This document shows, in pieces, positions 1-14,300 of a stretch of 64,000 bases of DNA (position 1 is the first letter of the stretch; every line of letters begins with the position of its first letter). A model generated the notes under the pieces. It made no database searches. It saw only the letters and a list, made by a program, of their open reading frames with translations, and was not told the origin of the DNA. The DNA is taken from contig JAQGDQ010000041.1 of the NCBI GenBank assembly GCA_030141605.1, positions 682,001 through 746,000 on the forward strand. The letters run 5' to 3'. A program made the translations under genes and the position numbers. This DNA comes from Tubiluchus corallicola. Taxonomy: Eukaryota > Animalia > Priapulida.

Positions 1-3000
1 ACTGAGGATTAAAATCCACTCCAGCTATCCAATCAGTATGACCTTGTCCAGACATGATCAATTTGGCTGTTGAAAGTGACCACAATCTCCACTGCTTATC
101 GTCACTCACACTAGCTAATATTTCTTGAGCTGGATGTAGTACTAATCTACAATTGAAAAAATATCATTCATTCACAATGTTAACTCACTTTGTCATTAGA
201 AACAAGCTAAGTATCTAGGCATACTTATGCCTTTACTCTGTTAAACAATTTTAAACAACCTTTTTGTTTATGCATACAATTTACCAACATTCAACTTTAA
301 ATTTGAAAAAAAAGATCTAATACTAACATACCCGCTAACAGCCATTGAATGAGCTTCAATAGTAGTCTTCAATTTAAAAACATATTTCTCATCCAGTTTT
401 GGGCCAGGTTTTACATCCTTATGAAGATATGGGTTTGCTCCTACATCACTGGGAAAATCAATTTCCTACAAAGTAGGTATTTTACATTTTTAACATTACG
501 CTAATTTGACTTTATTGTTTGTTTAATGAAATACGCATGGCTCATTCTGAACAAGAGAATACATGTGCTTCACAGCAGGAAATGCATCATTAGTAGCATG
601 TACTGCACTTATACTAGCCACGTATTGTACTTTCAAGCTACAAGCTGTTTGGGTGCTCAGCGATAAAAAGTAAGTTACAGCAAAATGAACAGATTTATCG
701 GTAAGTTTCCCACGAAATGTAGCTAGCTGGTCCTATTATACACTGCATCAAAGGGACTATCCAATCAACGGTAGTTCAAACCTATGCCTTCTTGTTCTCC
801 CAAAGTATGAAGATTTGCATAACAACGAGTAAAACCATGTACATGTTGTTTCCAGTTCTTCCTGATGACTCCCATTCAAAAAGTAAACCACAAGTGAGAA
901 ACAGTTAGATGAGGTACTTTAGTTTACACTGAATTGTCAAAAATAGTGAAGCCTTTGGAGCACTAACCATGCAGACATAGATCAGCAGATACCATAACAC
1001 CATTAATAGATGAGTTTGCCAAAAAGTGGAAAAGTTACTACCATCTCAGCTGAGCACTCTTAACACAATGGCCAAAGTAATTTACCTATACAATGAGAAC
1101 AAAGTCATTTTTCAAAAGTAAATCAATTACCTGTACAGGAACTGCTTCTTGCTTTGTTAGAGTAACAGTTTCAGCACTTTTTCGTGCAACAGGTTCCACT
1201 TGAACAGGTTTTTCAGGAACACCTAAATCATGTAAAAATATTATTATATATTACAACAAAAATATATTAATGAACAGTCAGGTGTAGCATATGCTTAATG
1301 CCTTTGCAGGCATCTATCAACTTCTTACTTATGATTCTTGCTAGTTATAATTATCATAATCATTATATAGCAAGCTTTGCACCATGATATTATGTATTTG
1401 TATGAGAGTAATTTTTAAGTCAATTTTCAATTTTCAAGCTGTTACCTGTTATATTTTGACAGCAAATATGATTCGTATCAAACACATTCCTTATCACCTT
1501 ACACAATAAATTACACACTCAATTAAAGATTTATCTAACTATGTTAAGAACTGCAAACATTGAAATTCTTTATTTTTCAAAGTTTTTAACATTTTAAATT
1601 GTAAAACTTTTAATTTTTTTGTCAGCATTTGTCAGTTATGAATTTTCAAAGTTTGTACTGTGTAGGCAGTAGTAAAATGACAGGCATCATTTTCGGATAA
1701 TTTTTTGGAACCCGACATTACGTGCAGTGTCAGCGCTTAATATTTTATGGAATTGTGTTAATACCAAGGGAATTGGGTTTGGAATTGGTTTTTGACTTTT
1801 CATGGTGAGAGACAGTATCATAAATCTGTAGCGCAAAAAGTTATTTCCGTGAACAGCACTTTAAGTGGTCTTGCTGAACATTTTACAGTCAGATAATAAC
1901 ACATATTAAACTCAGAAGTTTAGGAGGGATATGAATTGGCACAGGTATATGTGGCTGGGAGTCAGAGGGAATTGGCTGCCTTCTCAGGGCAAAGGAATTA
2001 TATATTTTCAGGACAAAAGCCTGATATTTTCAAGCTATAAAATTCTATTTTAAAATTTCAAAATTATAGGATTTCAGTATTCAAAAGTTGCTTACACACT
2101 GCACAACCTCTTATTACTGGCTGCAATTAAAGTGTTTCCTGTGTGGCAAGTTGCTTTTAACTTTTATTGATTTTAATAATAATACCTACTATGAAATTTA
2201 GTTTACTAAATTTCATAAATCGTTTATACACTTTTTAATTGGCACATGCTCATCAATGTACTGATAAGGTTACAGAGTTGTTTGCAAAAAGGAAACATAG
2301 ACCTATCAAGTTATTATTTCCTCACACTTTGTACATTTTATTTTTTTGACAGCTTTGTTAATCAACATCCTATATAATTAAATGGGTTATTAATAAATTG
2401 CACTTATTTGGAAATCACATATTTCGGAGACTAAGGCTACTTAGAAAATTCCTTCTGCACCTTTTCTGAAACTTCCTTCGTACGCCTATGTGAATTGGTA
2501 ATCTATCATCATGTTGCCTGTATTGTAATGACAGCCATCAATTTTAGTAATTTGCTTTATTTGAAAGAAAAATAACTAACCTATACCAACAGGTTTGGCT
2601 CCGTGAACAGTAACTTGTATGCCCGTTACTTGCTCTACGACTTTATTCAACTCCATCTGTAATTCTGTTTTCTCTCTCATGGCAGACTCGTAACGTTTCT
2701 GCAGTTCTTTTAATGACGGCTCATAAGCATCACACTGCTTTTGCAGCCTAAAGAATAACAGCCTACTTAAGAAAGATGAGAAAAAGGTTTAACAATTCAG
2801 CAGCACAAACACAACTAACCTGATGTGAACGTTTTGAAAATGTTAAACACAATTTTCATTTGCAAAATCCAAAATTCTTACCGTGGTGTCACCACTTGCA
2901 ATAACTAGCTTACTACCCCTAAACGACCAACTAAATTGTTAGCAAAACGGTGCTTTTAGTTAACAGTTTGAAGTTTAACTATGCCTTCACTCGTTATAGT

Positions 3001-6000
3001 TTTCTACATTTGCATGGTTTCAACTGCATTCACGTAAAACCATACATTACATTAGTACTTACTTCCACATTATTGTAAATAATTTACTTGTTGCAAATAT
3101 TTTACGCAAGGTGTAGGGCTTGTGTTGTTATGTAATATATACGCTTTGACTAAAATGATATGTGCATACTTTTCTTACTTTTTAGATAAATTAATCAAAT
3201 GTAACTTTCAGTTTTTGTTCTCATCTGTCGCAAATAGTCAACCACAGTGCTTTACATCACAGCTGTGCCGTTTCAGTTGAACTCCAGCCAGTCATTTCTA
3301 CAGTTGACCTAGCCGGTAAAAAACCCCATTTTTGTCGTGCCAGCCGCTCAGTTATGGGAGTCGAGCTAGCTGACATTTTTGCCGGTTGCAAAGATTTTCA
3401 CTATTATGATAATCACGTGACGTTGCAAATCACTGGTTGAAATATGGCAAAAGCATTGCGGATTTGCGGTCAGATTGTACGTGTGCTGGTAGAGATACTA
3501 AACTTTAGAAATTTTTGAACGAAACGAGAAAGCATCATGGTTAATTCAAAATTAAATACACGTATGGGATCATTTTGGTGTTTTGGTATTGATTCGTCGG
3601 TAATCAAGAGAAGCCTGCCCAATTGTTGATTTAAATTATATTTGCAATAAATCCACTGGCTGCTTTTTTATAATAATAAAAAATTGATCTATAATGCTTT
3701 TTATTACATTTTTTTATACATCAGCATAATTAAATTTCCCCACAATTTAATAGTTAACTAACAATTTACCATTTATTTAGTTAACAACAATTTGTAGCTT
3801 TAGCTGACTCAGCTGATTTTTTCTTTAAGCCAACTCAGCTAAAAAGGCAGTCAACCTCAGCTGAGCTACTTGATTTACTGAGTCAGCTGATGTAGTAGCA
3901 ACTGACTCAGCTTCAACCTCTATTTATCATAACCATTTTTACAAGGCCTAAGACTATATTGAAATTAAAATAACCGTAACCTTGCAGTTAAAGTAAATTT
4001 GCTCTTATCATCAAAACATGTACAACTACAAAAAATCAGCACCTTTGCATTTCAACAGTTAGTTTCTCTTTCTCTTGTTCAAGACGCTTATGATGCATAC
4101 GATGATAATCTCTCTCCTTTCTTAGCTTAATACATTCTTCTTGAGCTTTTCTAAAAAATAACACAGTTATTTATCGATTACACAAGTTTAAGAATATCTT
4201 ATAAAAGTAGAATTGTTAGCAATAAAATTTCTATAGTATTCTGCTATAGAAATAATACAAGTGAAAAATTACTTTGCTCATTAGTAACTAATTATAATTG
4301 TTAGTATGACAGCATTAAGGAAGTGTGTTAGTGGTGTGTTGTTAGCCATTCTCTTCCTCAGAAAACATTGACCAAATTACAGTCAAATAAAAAACAATCT
4401 TGAGAATAAGCAAGAGTAAAAACTTAGCAATAAATATTGGCCAAAAGGATCCTTAACTCAGCAACATCAATATTTTACCTGAGTTGATCATTGCAAGAAA
4501 AACAAACAGCTGATGGAAGTCTGCATGACCACTGGCAATATTGTTAAAATATTTAATTCCACAAGTGATATATGTTCATTGATCCAACTTTAATACATTT
4601 AGCATAAAAAACGAAATAAATATAAACAATTTTGGGCAGCAAACAATAACATACTGGCAAGCTAACTGTTGTTGCTGACGATGACGATTTACTTGAACAA
4701 GCTCATCCTGTAAGAGTTCCATTTGCACATAGCCATTGGGGACAAAGTCCAAGTCTGCAGGTCGGATTATTCCATTGTATTTCAACTCATACCTGTCAAA
4801 AAATATACTTTGTACACAAAATTTTATGTAGATTGGAAAATACTGCTAATGAATATTGAAAGCATGAGCTTCCTGTGGATATTCTGGATGCAATACAAGT
4901 AGTAAAAATAGACTTCTACAAAAATTAAAAAAGTTTAAATAATATTGTTAATTTTTGCATAATAATGTTTAGTTTTGCAAAAAACTAGGGCTTTTTGCAC
5001 TCTTAATATGACACCAAAATAATTTAGCTTGTACATAACCACTCATGCTGGAAGGCATTCAAAGTTTTATTCATATTGACTCTTTTCAAGAAGTTACGAA
5101 TAAAATCTTCCACCACTTCTGGTTGTTTGGCAGCATGCCTTGCCTCTAGCTAAAAAATAAAAAATAAAAAGTAATAAGTTGATTTTATTAATGTGTGAAA
5201 CATTTAGCAAAATCAGAAAGTAGTAAGTAAATAATAAACAAGAAAGAAATAGCAGAATCTACCTGAAATATTAATGCACAAGTAACTACTTTACCTTTAT
5301 ACTATTTTCACAGTTTACGGGAATTTACACTGTGTAGTCTAAATGCAGAATTCTGTATTACTATTCAAACCGCAGAGCCAAGTAACAGAAAATGTGAAGT
5401 ACAATATAAAATTATTTGAGCAACATAATCAGAGTAGCGCCAATACCAACTGAGAATCTAGACTAGAAGAAAGCTGATGCGGTGAGTCTATTTGCTTCTC
5501 TTTCATTCTAATTAAAAGCAATAAACTGTAACTATAGCTAAGAATTAAAATGTGGAAAACAGGTCATGTTGTTAGGTAATGGTTTTTAATGCTGTTGTTT
5601 GTAGCCTGGGAGAATTATTATCATCAGATTAACTAACAAATTTCTGGAGTTTCTGAGCTTAATTCCTCTAATAAATGAGATGTGCAGTGAGAAAATTCAT
5701 TGAATAGCTCTTACTAGCCTATAGTACACTTAAAATTAGGCTAGTGAAGTCACAAAGATGAAAAGGCTGCAAAGTGAGAATGAAAACAGCTATGAATTAC
5801 TACATATTTTACCAGCTTTGTACAACATTGCAAGAATATATGGATATTGTAAATTAAAATAAACAGTTAAGCAATTTTCATCGTGGCACTTAATTCAACA
5901 GAATTTATAATATATGGATAAAATTATTATTGGTAATTAGAGATTAAAGCATACAAATATTAATAATCGTTAAAATAATTTACTTACGGAAACTAATTCG

Positions 6001-6523
6001 TTGTCAGTCTGACAACCAACACTGATTTTTTCTTCTTCAAGGTCAAATGGATCTGAAAAAGAAACATTTTTATTACAAAGATTGAGGAACAAAACATCTT
6101 TAATTGGGATCAAAATTTAAATGAAAAATATGCTTAGTCAAAGCAAGTTTGGTTCAGAAATTCTGCACACTATAAGATAAAACAATAAAACAGCTGAAAG
6201 ATTGCATAACTAGATTATAAAAACAAAAGTTTTTCAAACATGTACTATCCTGCAGAATTTACATTACATTTGAATGGTGCTGCATTGATATCTTTGAGTC
6301 TTTCGACGCAGTCACTAACAAGTTTACTAGTTTACTAAAAGTTCCTTGCAAAAGCAATGCAAAATTTATATTTATGATGTACATTACCTCCAGCACCATT
6401 AAACTGGCCCCAGTTATCATAGTTTTCTATAATGCTATCATCCCGATCTTCTTTAAAACTGACAACAGAACTTGGTGCTGTAGAACATATCGAAGCATGA
6501 ACTTCTGGTCTACCATCAGCCAT
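1..6523 (-). CDS. SPAG16: Sperm-associated antigen 16 / PF20 axonemal central-pair WD40 protein, 5' part (continues beyond the left edge)
   Basis: Phase-consistent GT-AG exons: 6523-6388, 6052-5988, 5149-5040, 4792-4655, 4150-4043, 2747-2581, 1222-1131, 465-332, 146-<1. The translation contains PEVVEDFIRNFLKRVNMNKTLNAFQHEWYEL, KLRKERDYHRMHHKRLEQEK and YEPSLKELQKRYESAM, plus WD40 repeats (AHSMAVSG...ASVSDDKQWRLW, GHTDWIAGVDF). These match SPAG16 as I recall it. Confidence 0.9.
3245..3904. mobile_element. MITE-like element in a SPAG16 intron
   Basis: Imperfect terminal inverted repeats cagtgctttacatcacagctg (3245) and cagctgatgtagtagcaactg (ending 3904), with many internal (t)cagct(ga) motifs near both ends. 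Confidence 0.45.
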
Positions 6524-8029
6524 TCTTGTAATTATGTTACCAGTCACATTTATATTTCTATGTAAAAATAGAGATTTTTGTGAAAATCTAATTAGGAAAT
6601 AAAAATTCAAGCACAAACCTGTCAAGTAAAGCATACATGAGGATTTCCATTTACAACTAAAAGAACGTCAAAATCTTATGTTTTCAAATTAATTTCATTT
6701 ATTTTTTTAATTTGTTTATGAATTTTGTTTGTTGATGCATTATTTAAATTGTTTAGCTTCCTCAGCAGTATGAAGCACTCCTTAAGTGTCTTTGGCTGCA
6801 CTCGGGAGAGTTTCATAAAATTTGTTAAAGCTGAGTCGAAGAGTCAGAATAATTTTGATTGCACATGTGACATAATATAATTTGTTAAACAGTTACCATC
6901 TAAGAGAACAAAAAATTATTAAAAACTGCAAGGAAATTGAGAGTTATAATATTTCTCCTAGGTTGAGTGGCCGAGTATAATTTTCGGACTGTAACCAAGC
7001 AATCTTGAGGAATGCAGCACCTACCACCACCAAGGCATATACTCTGCATGTTACTCATTGTTTGTGTGTTACATCCTTATACTGCTATTGTTGTAAATGT
7101 AAGTTGCTAAATAACAGTTAGTGCTAATGTGGTCTGTTAAATGAGCAAAAGTAAATAAATGCTGTCTTTTTAAATGGTGTCTTTAGTTCCAAAGCATAAA
7201 CTTTTTATTTATTTGTGGCATTAAACTACTAAATTTATGTGGTTCATTACTGGATTGAAATACTTTCTTGTTAGCTACCCATAAAACATTTTATTATACA
7301 GAAAATTTGGTAATCCCGAATCCGAAACTATTCACCTCCACAATCCCTCCCCCAAACTGGCTATCTTACAGGTATCAAGGAAAATTACTTCCACAAGGTG
7401 GTCACCCTATATGCACCTTTTTTATGTGTTCCACAGACCTGGACTGGCCTTTAAACCCATGCCTTCAGATGTACTTTTGAGATTTACGGCCTTTTGACCT
7501 TTTTCACAACTGACTTCTTTTCATGGGTTAACAAAAAAATTCTGAAAGTATTTAAGCATGTTTACCCATGCTGGAAATTACAACGCATGGGGTATGGCAC
7601 AAGATTTTGTATTTACCGCTTAGTATAAAGTTATTTTACAAAGATCATTTAAATTATTTTTAGCATAAAGTCTTTTGCTATAAAAACCTATGAAAAAAAG
7701 CAGATGCAACTTTAAAATAATTTGATTAGCATTCGTGTTTTATTCTCACAAAGCACTTGTATAAGTTCTTTGACAACAATATGCACTACTACAGGCCACT
7801 CCTTAGTGTCTTTAGTTCTACTTGGCAAAGTTTGGGTCGTATGTTATAAAGAGAAATCATGAAGCAACATGTTTTACTCCAGTTAATGATATATAGGGAG
7901 AAGAATAACTGGTCGAATACATGCTGTTATTTTTCAGTTGAACCTAGATGCAATACGTCTCCAAGGCACAACACCAACGATTTTCTGCTCCCTCGTGGTC
8001 GCACGGGTGCATATCGCATAAAAACATAC

Positions 8030-8190
8030 ATAAATCTCGATTAAATAAAGACAAATTAGTAAAAGACCATTTTAACTCAAGAAAAACTCTAACCAATACT
8101 CCAAAACAGAAAATTTCAAGTTATTCCAGGTCCTTCGGGTGCTCGGCCAATCCGTCGGCGCGCTAGAACCAGTTGCTACGATAAACAAAG
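8030..8190 (-). promoter_or_regulatory. Putative SPAG16 promoter / non-coding first exon with an RFX X-box-like motif
   Basis: CpG-rich patch at 8128-8165 with CCAAT near 8147. GTTGCTACGATAAAC at 8172-8186 resembles an X-box with one good half-site. There is a minus-strand donor GTATGT near 8029, and the ATG-containing exon begins at an acceptor near 6557, which implies an upstream UTR exon. Confidence 0.35.
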
Positions 8191-9133
8191 TAATTTGTGT
8201 CATCTGTTGGCAAGAAAAGTCATCAACGCTTATATCGGTAGCACAGATTTAGATGTGACTTTTCAGAGCTCTTTTCCATTCTGACATTTTGTCATTTTTG
8301 TATGTAGTATTCGGTCGAAATTCAAATCTATGCTATATTTTTTGCTATCAGCTTTATTTCATACACTCATCCGTATTAATTATTAGATTGTATTTCTTAA
8401 TTATTGCCTTGTTTGCTGGTCTATTTTTATCAGGTATTAACAGATTTCTGAGAATCATCATTTTTTGTAGTCAGTTTTTTGTATAATGGGCTAAATTCCA
8501 GATCTATTTTATTCCCCAATACAGTGTTGTTTTTACTAGATTTAATATGGTCCCAGATTAAAATGATTTAATAAAATCATTTTCTTTGTGGTTTTTCCAG
8601 GTTTCCCAGTTAGCTGCTTAATAGAATAAAATGTTGTTAGTACTCGTATACTTTTAATTTAATCTTAATAGCATATTGTCTAACCTTGCCTTCACTCGCA
8701 ATGCAGTTAATATAAGATAACATGAATTTATTTTCCCATGCACGATCCTCGATTGACTATCAGATTCTCAAAGTTGTTTTTTATATTTATCCAGTTTCCC
8801 AGATACTATTATACTTATGGACTTCTTTTTTCTCCTTTTTAAGTTTTTCTTTTAATTCAGGTAGTTTCATTTTGTTTTTAGTAAAATTATGTCTTACATA
8901 CTGTGTTTTCTCAACGAATTTAAGTCATTCGCTTTAGTGTTTTCATTGCCGATCTATAATTTCTATTAAATTTTACTTTTTAACAGTCGCAAACTGTGAC
9001 ATACGCAAGAATTCGATTGCGCGGTTCGAGTTATACGTAGTTTTTTGAAATTTATAAAACTTTTGAAAAAGCATACTCTTTAGAAACCGTTTATTATTAT
9101 TTTTTTGTTCTTAAGATAAAAAGAATTAACTAA

Positions 9134-9285
9134 CCGATAATGTAATAAAAAGAACTAACGCATAATGTAAGACCCCAAAAGCATAATGTGATAACCCAAA
9201 GTTTAAACTATACTGTAACACCACAAAACCGTATAATGTAATAACAAAAATTTTAACCGAAAATGTAATCACATAAAGTAATAAC
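9134..9285. repeat. Degenerate tandem repeat with an (c)ataatgtaa core
   Basis: About 7 copies of ataatgtaa-like units spaced about 20-26 nt apart; probably the subterminal array of a non-autonomous transposon. Confidence 0.5.
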
Positions 9286-9618
9286 TAGCTGAATTAATAT
9301 TGCGTGGTTATAAGTGCTTTGGAAATACGTGGGAATGGCGCGTTTCTTTACCCTGTTTGGAAGGGTGACAGTGTTCATTCCTAATGCTCATGCATCAGCT
9401 ACTGCTTGGGACTATAGGCAGCTGCTTAAATTTATTCCTTTGTAAAATATACAATTTTATAAAAGTAGGAAGCTTTTAAGCTCACCCTCTAATTATATCA
9501 TTAAAGCACTTACGCTATAATATACAGGCAGCACTGCTAGACCGGAATGGTTGTGAATTTAATCGTAATCATGTTTTTTTGTACTTTGCAACAATGATAT
9601 AATGTGTTGAAGTAGCCC

Positions 9619-9688
9619 TTTGTCCGTGGTGGTCCTTTGACTAGTAATCTTTTGTCTGGTGGTTCCTTGACCTGCAGTCTTTTGTCCT
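9619..9688. repeat. Short 30-nt tandem repeat
   Basis: tttgtcc/tggtggt..c.ttgac units, about 2.3 copies. Confidence 0.5.
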
Positions 9689-11387
9689 TTAACTGCCCAT
9701 CGTACCACAGCTGCGTAGAATCAATGCAACTTTGATAGTAAAAACTACCGTAGGAAGACTATGCATAATCTATGCACCAAAAATCTTCTTGTTATAAGGT
9801 AGATTACACCTCTTGTTATAAGGTTATAAGGTAGAAAAAAAGGTTGACAGTCATAGTAGAAAGGAAGTGATAAACGCTGCGTTATTTCTGCGTAGCCTTT
9901 TCTGTATATGGTAGTACAGTATGTGTTAAGTTGATTTTTGTGTATGGTAGATTTAACGTAGTATTTTAGTGTACTTCTACGGTAGAAATAACGTAGCATT
10001 AACCGTTTCCTCCCCTTTTGTCTCTACCTTAGGTGGAATTTAGAAAATTGACTCTTATGAAGAGAGCATGATCACAGGAACTTCTACTGCTGACTGCTCT
10101 GCACACTTCTACAAACTGTTTTTACCGTATCTTGGTCACATTTTATGTAAGTTTATTGCCGTGCAAATAATGAAATTGAGTGAGGAAAAATATATAGTTC
10201 GTTCATTTTTTCTATCTGCAGGCATGCGGACGCATCAATAGTTAAATGGTAAAAAGGATTAATATAATAGCTGGCCAAATGTATCAAGATTATCATATAA
10301 ACTATTCTTCCAAAATCAGTAAATTTTTCTCTGTGAAATTAGACTGCATAGAGAATTTCTAGATATGCATGTTTTTTCTTTTTTTTGCTGGCTAGTAAAA
10401 TGCTAGTGTAAAGTTGGCAGATCAAACCAATTTGCAAAGTAGACGTCATTAAGAAGTTCAAATTAACTTAATTTTTTGATGAATTCGTGCGATTTTATGC
10501 ACTACACGTCGTCTTCTGAGTCTATGCGGTCGTGAAGAAACAGTTGAAAAAAATCAGTCAACTAGCTATTGGAATTTCAGTTTTATCTTGACAACTACTT
10601 CCGTACAAAGTCTGAGTGAAAATTCTACAGGCATTATATTCAGTTTACGCCTATAGTTATTGATTAAGAAAAGAAATAAATCCACGCTTCGGAAATCGGA
10701 TGCTGCATTTCGCTCCTGTTTCTAAGTAAATAGTTCCGTTCAAAACTAGAATTATATGCCATCATGTGGAGCTATTGTCTAGGGCTTTAGGCTGAAACTG
10801 CATACTATATATTTATACGATACCAGTATTCTTGAAAATTTTATTATCGGCAACAATGTTTGCAACAATTATTACAAGTATGCCTCAAAATTAGCAAAGA
10901 ATCTTAACATTACATACAAAATCTAAATACTTTCACTTAATATCTCAATCCTTCAAATAAGCAAGAAAAAATAAACTAAATCCGTTTAATTAAGTTCAAA
11001 ATAATAATGTTAATTTATTATCACTCCAGTAACTGCAATATTCACACAATTAAACTTTCATCGTTCCATATAAGTACATCAAGGTATTGTAAGGAAGTGT
11101 AAAAGTTATAAAAGCACTTCATGATGGTGATATATTTCCATTTCATAATGTCAGTATTATAGTAATGCCAGTGTCTATAGACGTGATGCTGTTATAGCCT
11201 GCATTTTTCTTAGGAAAGTGTACAATCTCTCACAATAACGTTTCAGGCTTATTAGTGCACCCTAATACAAGCAGAATTTATGCTACCTTATCACTTATTA
11301 CATGTATCACTCTTAGCAAAGCTTTACTTTTTGCTAATAAATATTATTAAAAGTAGTATATTGATAGCAAAGTGAATTAGACACACA

Positions 11388-14300
11388 TCAAGGAGCAGGA
11401 GGCACAGCTTCTTCGTCATCTACTGGTACAGGAACATCTAAATTGTCGATTCTGTACTGCGTCATGGCCTCTTCCTCTGAAAAGGAAACACGGGATGAGT
11501 CATTCTTTGATTTGTTATAAATACAAACTTATGAGAAGAGTTACAGGCTATTTACAGAAAATTTTCTGGTGGTGAAGAAGTGAAAAATACGAAATATTAT
11601 TTAAACACACCATTTTAATTTCAAGATTATTTATCAATTAACCCTAGTGAAAGAATGAACCATTAATTGACCAAAAAGAAGAAAATGCCAAAAATCTAGG
11701 AGTAAAGGCGCCATTCAGACTAATGAGTTCTCTGCTTGTACTTGAATCAGCCAGGGATTCTGGGACTCTTTGAATGACAAGCCGAACATCCTTGACCACT
11801 AAATTTAACAGCCTGCTGACAACAGAGAGAGCGAGAACAAGTGAACAATAAGAGGTTTGTACTCCCCTTTCACATTGCATAGTTTGTTACTTTTAAAGTA
11901 ATTAATAGTTTGGTCTGATAATATCCCTTACAGACCCAAACATTGTTGAAAAGGCATTTCATAACTTAGCCTTTATAGAAAGTTTATATTTTTATTTATT
12001 AAAGCCCTATTTGACAGCTAGAATAATTGTAAAGTACTCGTTTTAATACGTGTAGGATTTTTTTTATCAGCCAATGTCTATTGAATAACTGTGTAAATGT
12101 TATCAGGTTATAATTTCACCATAAAATTACGTTCATTTCACAGTGGAATGTTACATTTACCACATGTTAGCTTTATATTACATAAATGTAATTAGATCTA
12201 GTCACTATAAAATGTAGGGAAAAATTAAGTGCAGTTTACTCACCAGTGTTATAATAAGAATAAACTCGAGCTGGACTATCTTTTAAGTTATCTACAATAA
12301 ATACTCTATTTGCATGCACTCTTGCGCAGGCGTCTCCATCATTAGGAATCTGCAAATTAAGTAAATAGTTAAATAGTAAACAGTAAAAACTTAGTGAAAA
12401 GGCACTGCCATATTACTGACTATCTATGACAAAACTTTATATTTCAGTCATGCTATTTACTAAAATCATCAGTAAAGCCTTGTACTCAGTAACTACAGTA
12501 ACTAGCTGGAAAAATGCTGGTATTAGCTTCATGAAGTGTTCCTATGTTTTCCTTTTTCCTTCCAATTTTCTGACTCGTTTACCCAAGTTTCATTCTGGAA
12601 ATCTGTCAAACATACCTGATTATAATAAATATTGACTGCACTGCCTTCGTCAGCAGACTCGACTCTTTGTAAATCTCTTAACCGCGTCAAATCGTTGAGC
12701 TGATCTTCATCAACTTTAAAGCCAGACGGCAACTGAATTTCTGCCACAGACATACCACTTGGACCATCATTCAGATATCTATGAAAAAGATTCAGTTACG
12801 TGAAAACGGTTGTAAGTAGAACAACTAAACTTTAAAAAACAATAAGGAATAAAACTTTAATGTAATCAGCTCTCTATAAAGAACAAAACAATAACTAACC
12901 TATAGTATCTTGAAAGAGTACAATAAATAAAAAATGTTCACACAATAATTTAACAATAACAGTCCTTACCTGGAACAAATTTCTACAACTATAATATTTT
13001 CATCTGGACTCCACCCTTTTGATGATATATTATACGCTGGTGGTAAATCATCTACAATTTCATTGTATTGCCATGACACCTGCACTAAACTGGTACCAGT
13101 TCCAGAAGCTGTGAAAGAAACTGTTTGCTCGGGACTGCCAACCTAAAGTGAGTGCACAATTGTTAATCCCATGTGTAGCATTCATCTATTAAATCATCAC
13201 TGAATAGAAGTTTTTACACAAAAACTATAGGCAAAAATGTTAGATGATTTCAATTTACTTACCACCCACTCTTGTAGTAAGTCAGCATTTTCTGCATTGA
13301 CAACAAATTTATTATGAATAGGCCCGGCAGTAATATCTATCTCGATGTCTGTGTCTGGTGACTGTGTTTTTTCTCCAAACTCAGACAGAGCTTGTAAACC
13401 AATTATTGTATCCTAGAGAAAATTCAAAAAATCAAATTAGCAGAATTTGTAACTATAAGACTGCATAGACTGCTGTTTTATATTAACACAGGGCACCATA
13501 ATGCATTAATTAAAACAACATACTACTGTTTAACTTACTACAAAATACACCCATAAAAGAGTGTCCATAGAAGGTACAAACTACATTAAAACATCAGGTT
13601 AATTTTGGCTATCTGTATCTTAAAATATACTATCCGCATTGCATATTGAGAAATGTGTGTTAGCTTTCCAGTACACATCTTCTAGTAGACTAAGTAGCCC
13701 ATTCTATTACATAATACATATGCATACCTGTGTTGAAGAAAATCCACCCAAAGAATTCCTCTGGCTAACTAACCATTTCATAACTGGAATAGCGTCCACT
13801 AGATTATCATTGGCTAAGTACGTGAGGAGACCATAAGCAGTCATCTCAATATCCACAGACTTGTGATTGTGGTATAAGTAATAACTAGATGGCTTTTCCT
13901 CTTCTTGTGGGTTCATCCAGTACTTCTTATCATCTGTGTGAAATAAAGTTTAGCGCTAGTATACAAACACGGTAACTTATTTTCGGCCAAGTTGTTTGTG
14001 TTTATTCTTGAGAACTGTTTAAAGCAAAAGCTAATACTTGCCTATCTATGCCCATTTTAATGTCTAGATAGAGAGCATTAATAAAAAGGACTGATGCCCT
14101 CACACAAAGCCACTGTGATTAAAAATTTGTTTTGAGTTTTTGACCTTGTGAACTTGGGCTTCAACCTTTTAAACCAAAAAGCAATTGGTCTTCAGGTCTT
14201 GCTCAGACCTATCCCTGTCAAGTTTGGTTATTATAATTTCACCAGTTTTGATTTCATTATAACAAAGTTGTACAGATAGACACATAGACTCAACTAATAA

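Noticed and set aside
11644-11820. Alternative TEP terminal exon with a hydrophobic (GPI-like) end
   Set aside because: There is a good pyrimidine tract and CAGCAG acceptor, but with the phase-1 donor at 12244 both AGs hit TAA within three codons; the long frame would need phase 2.
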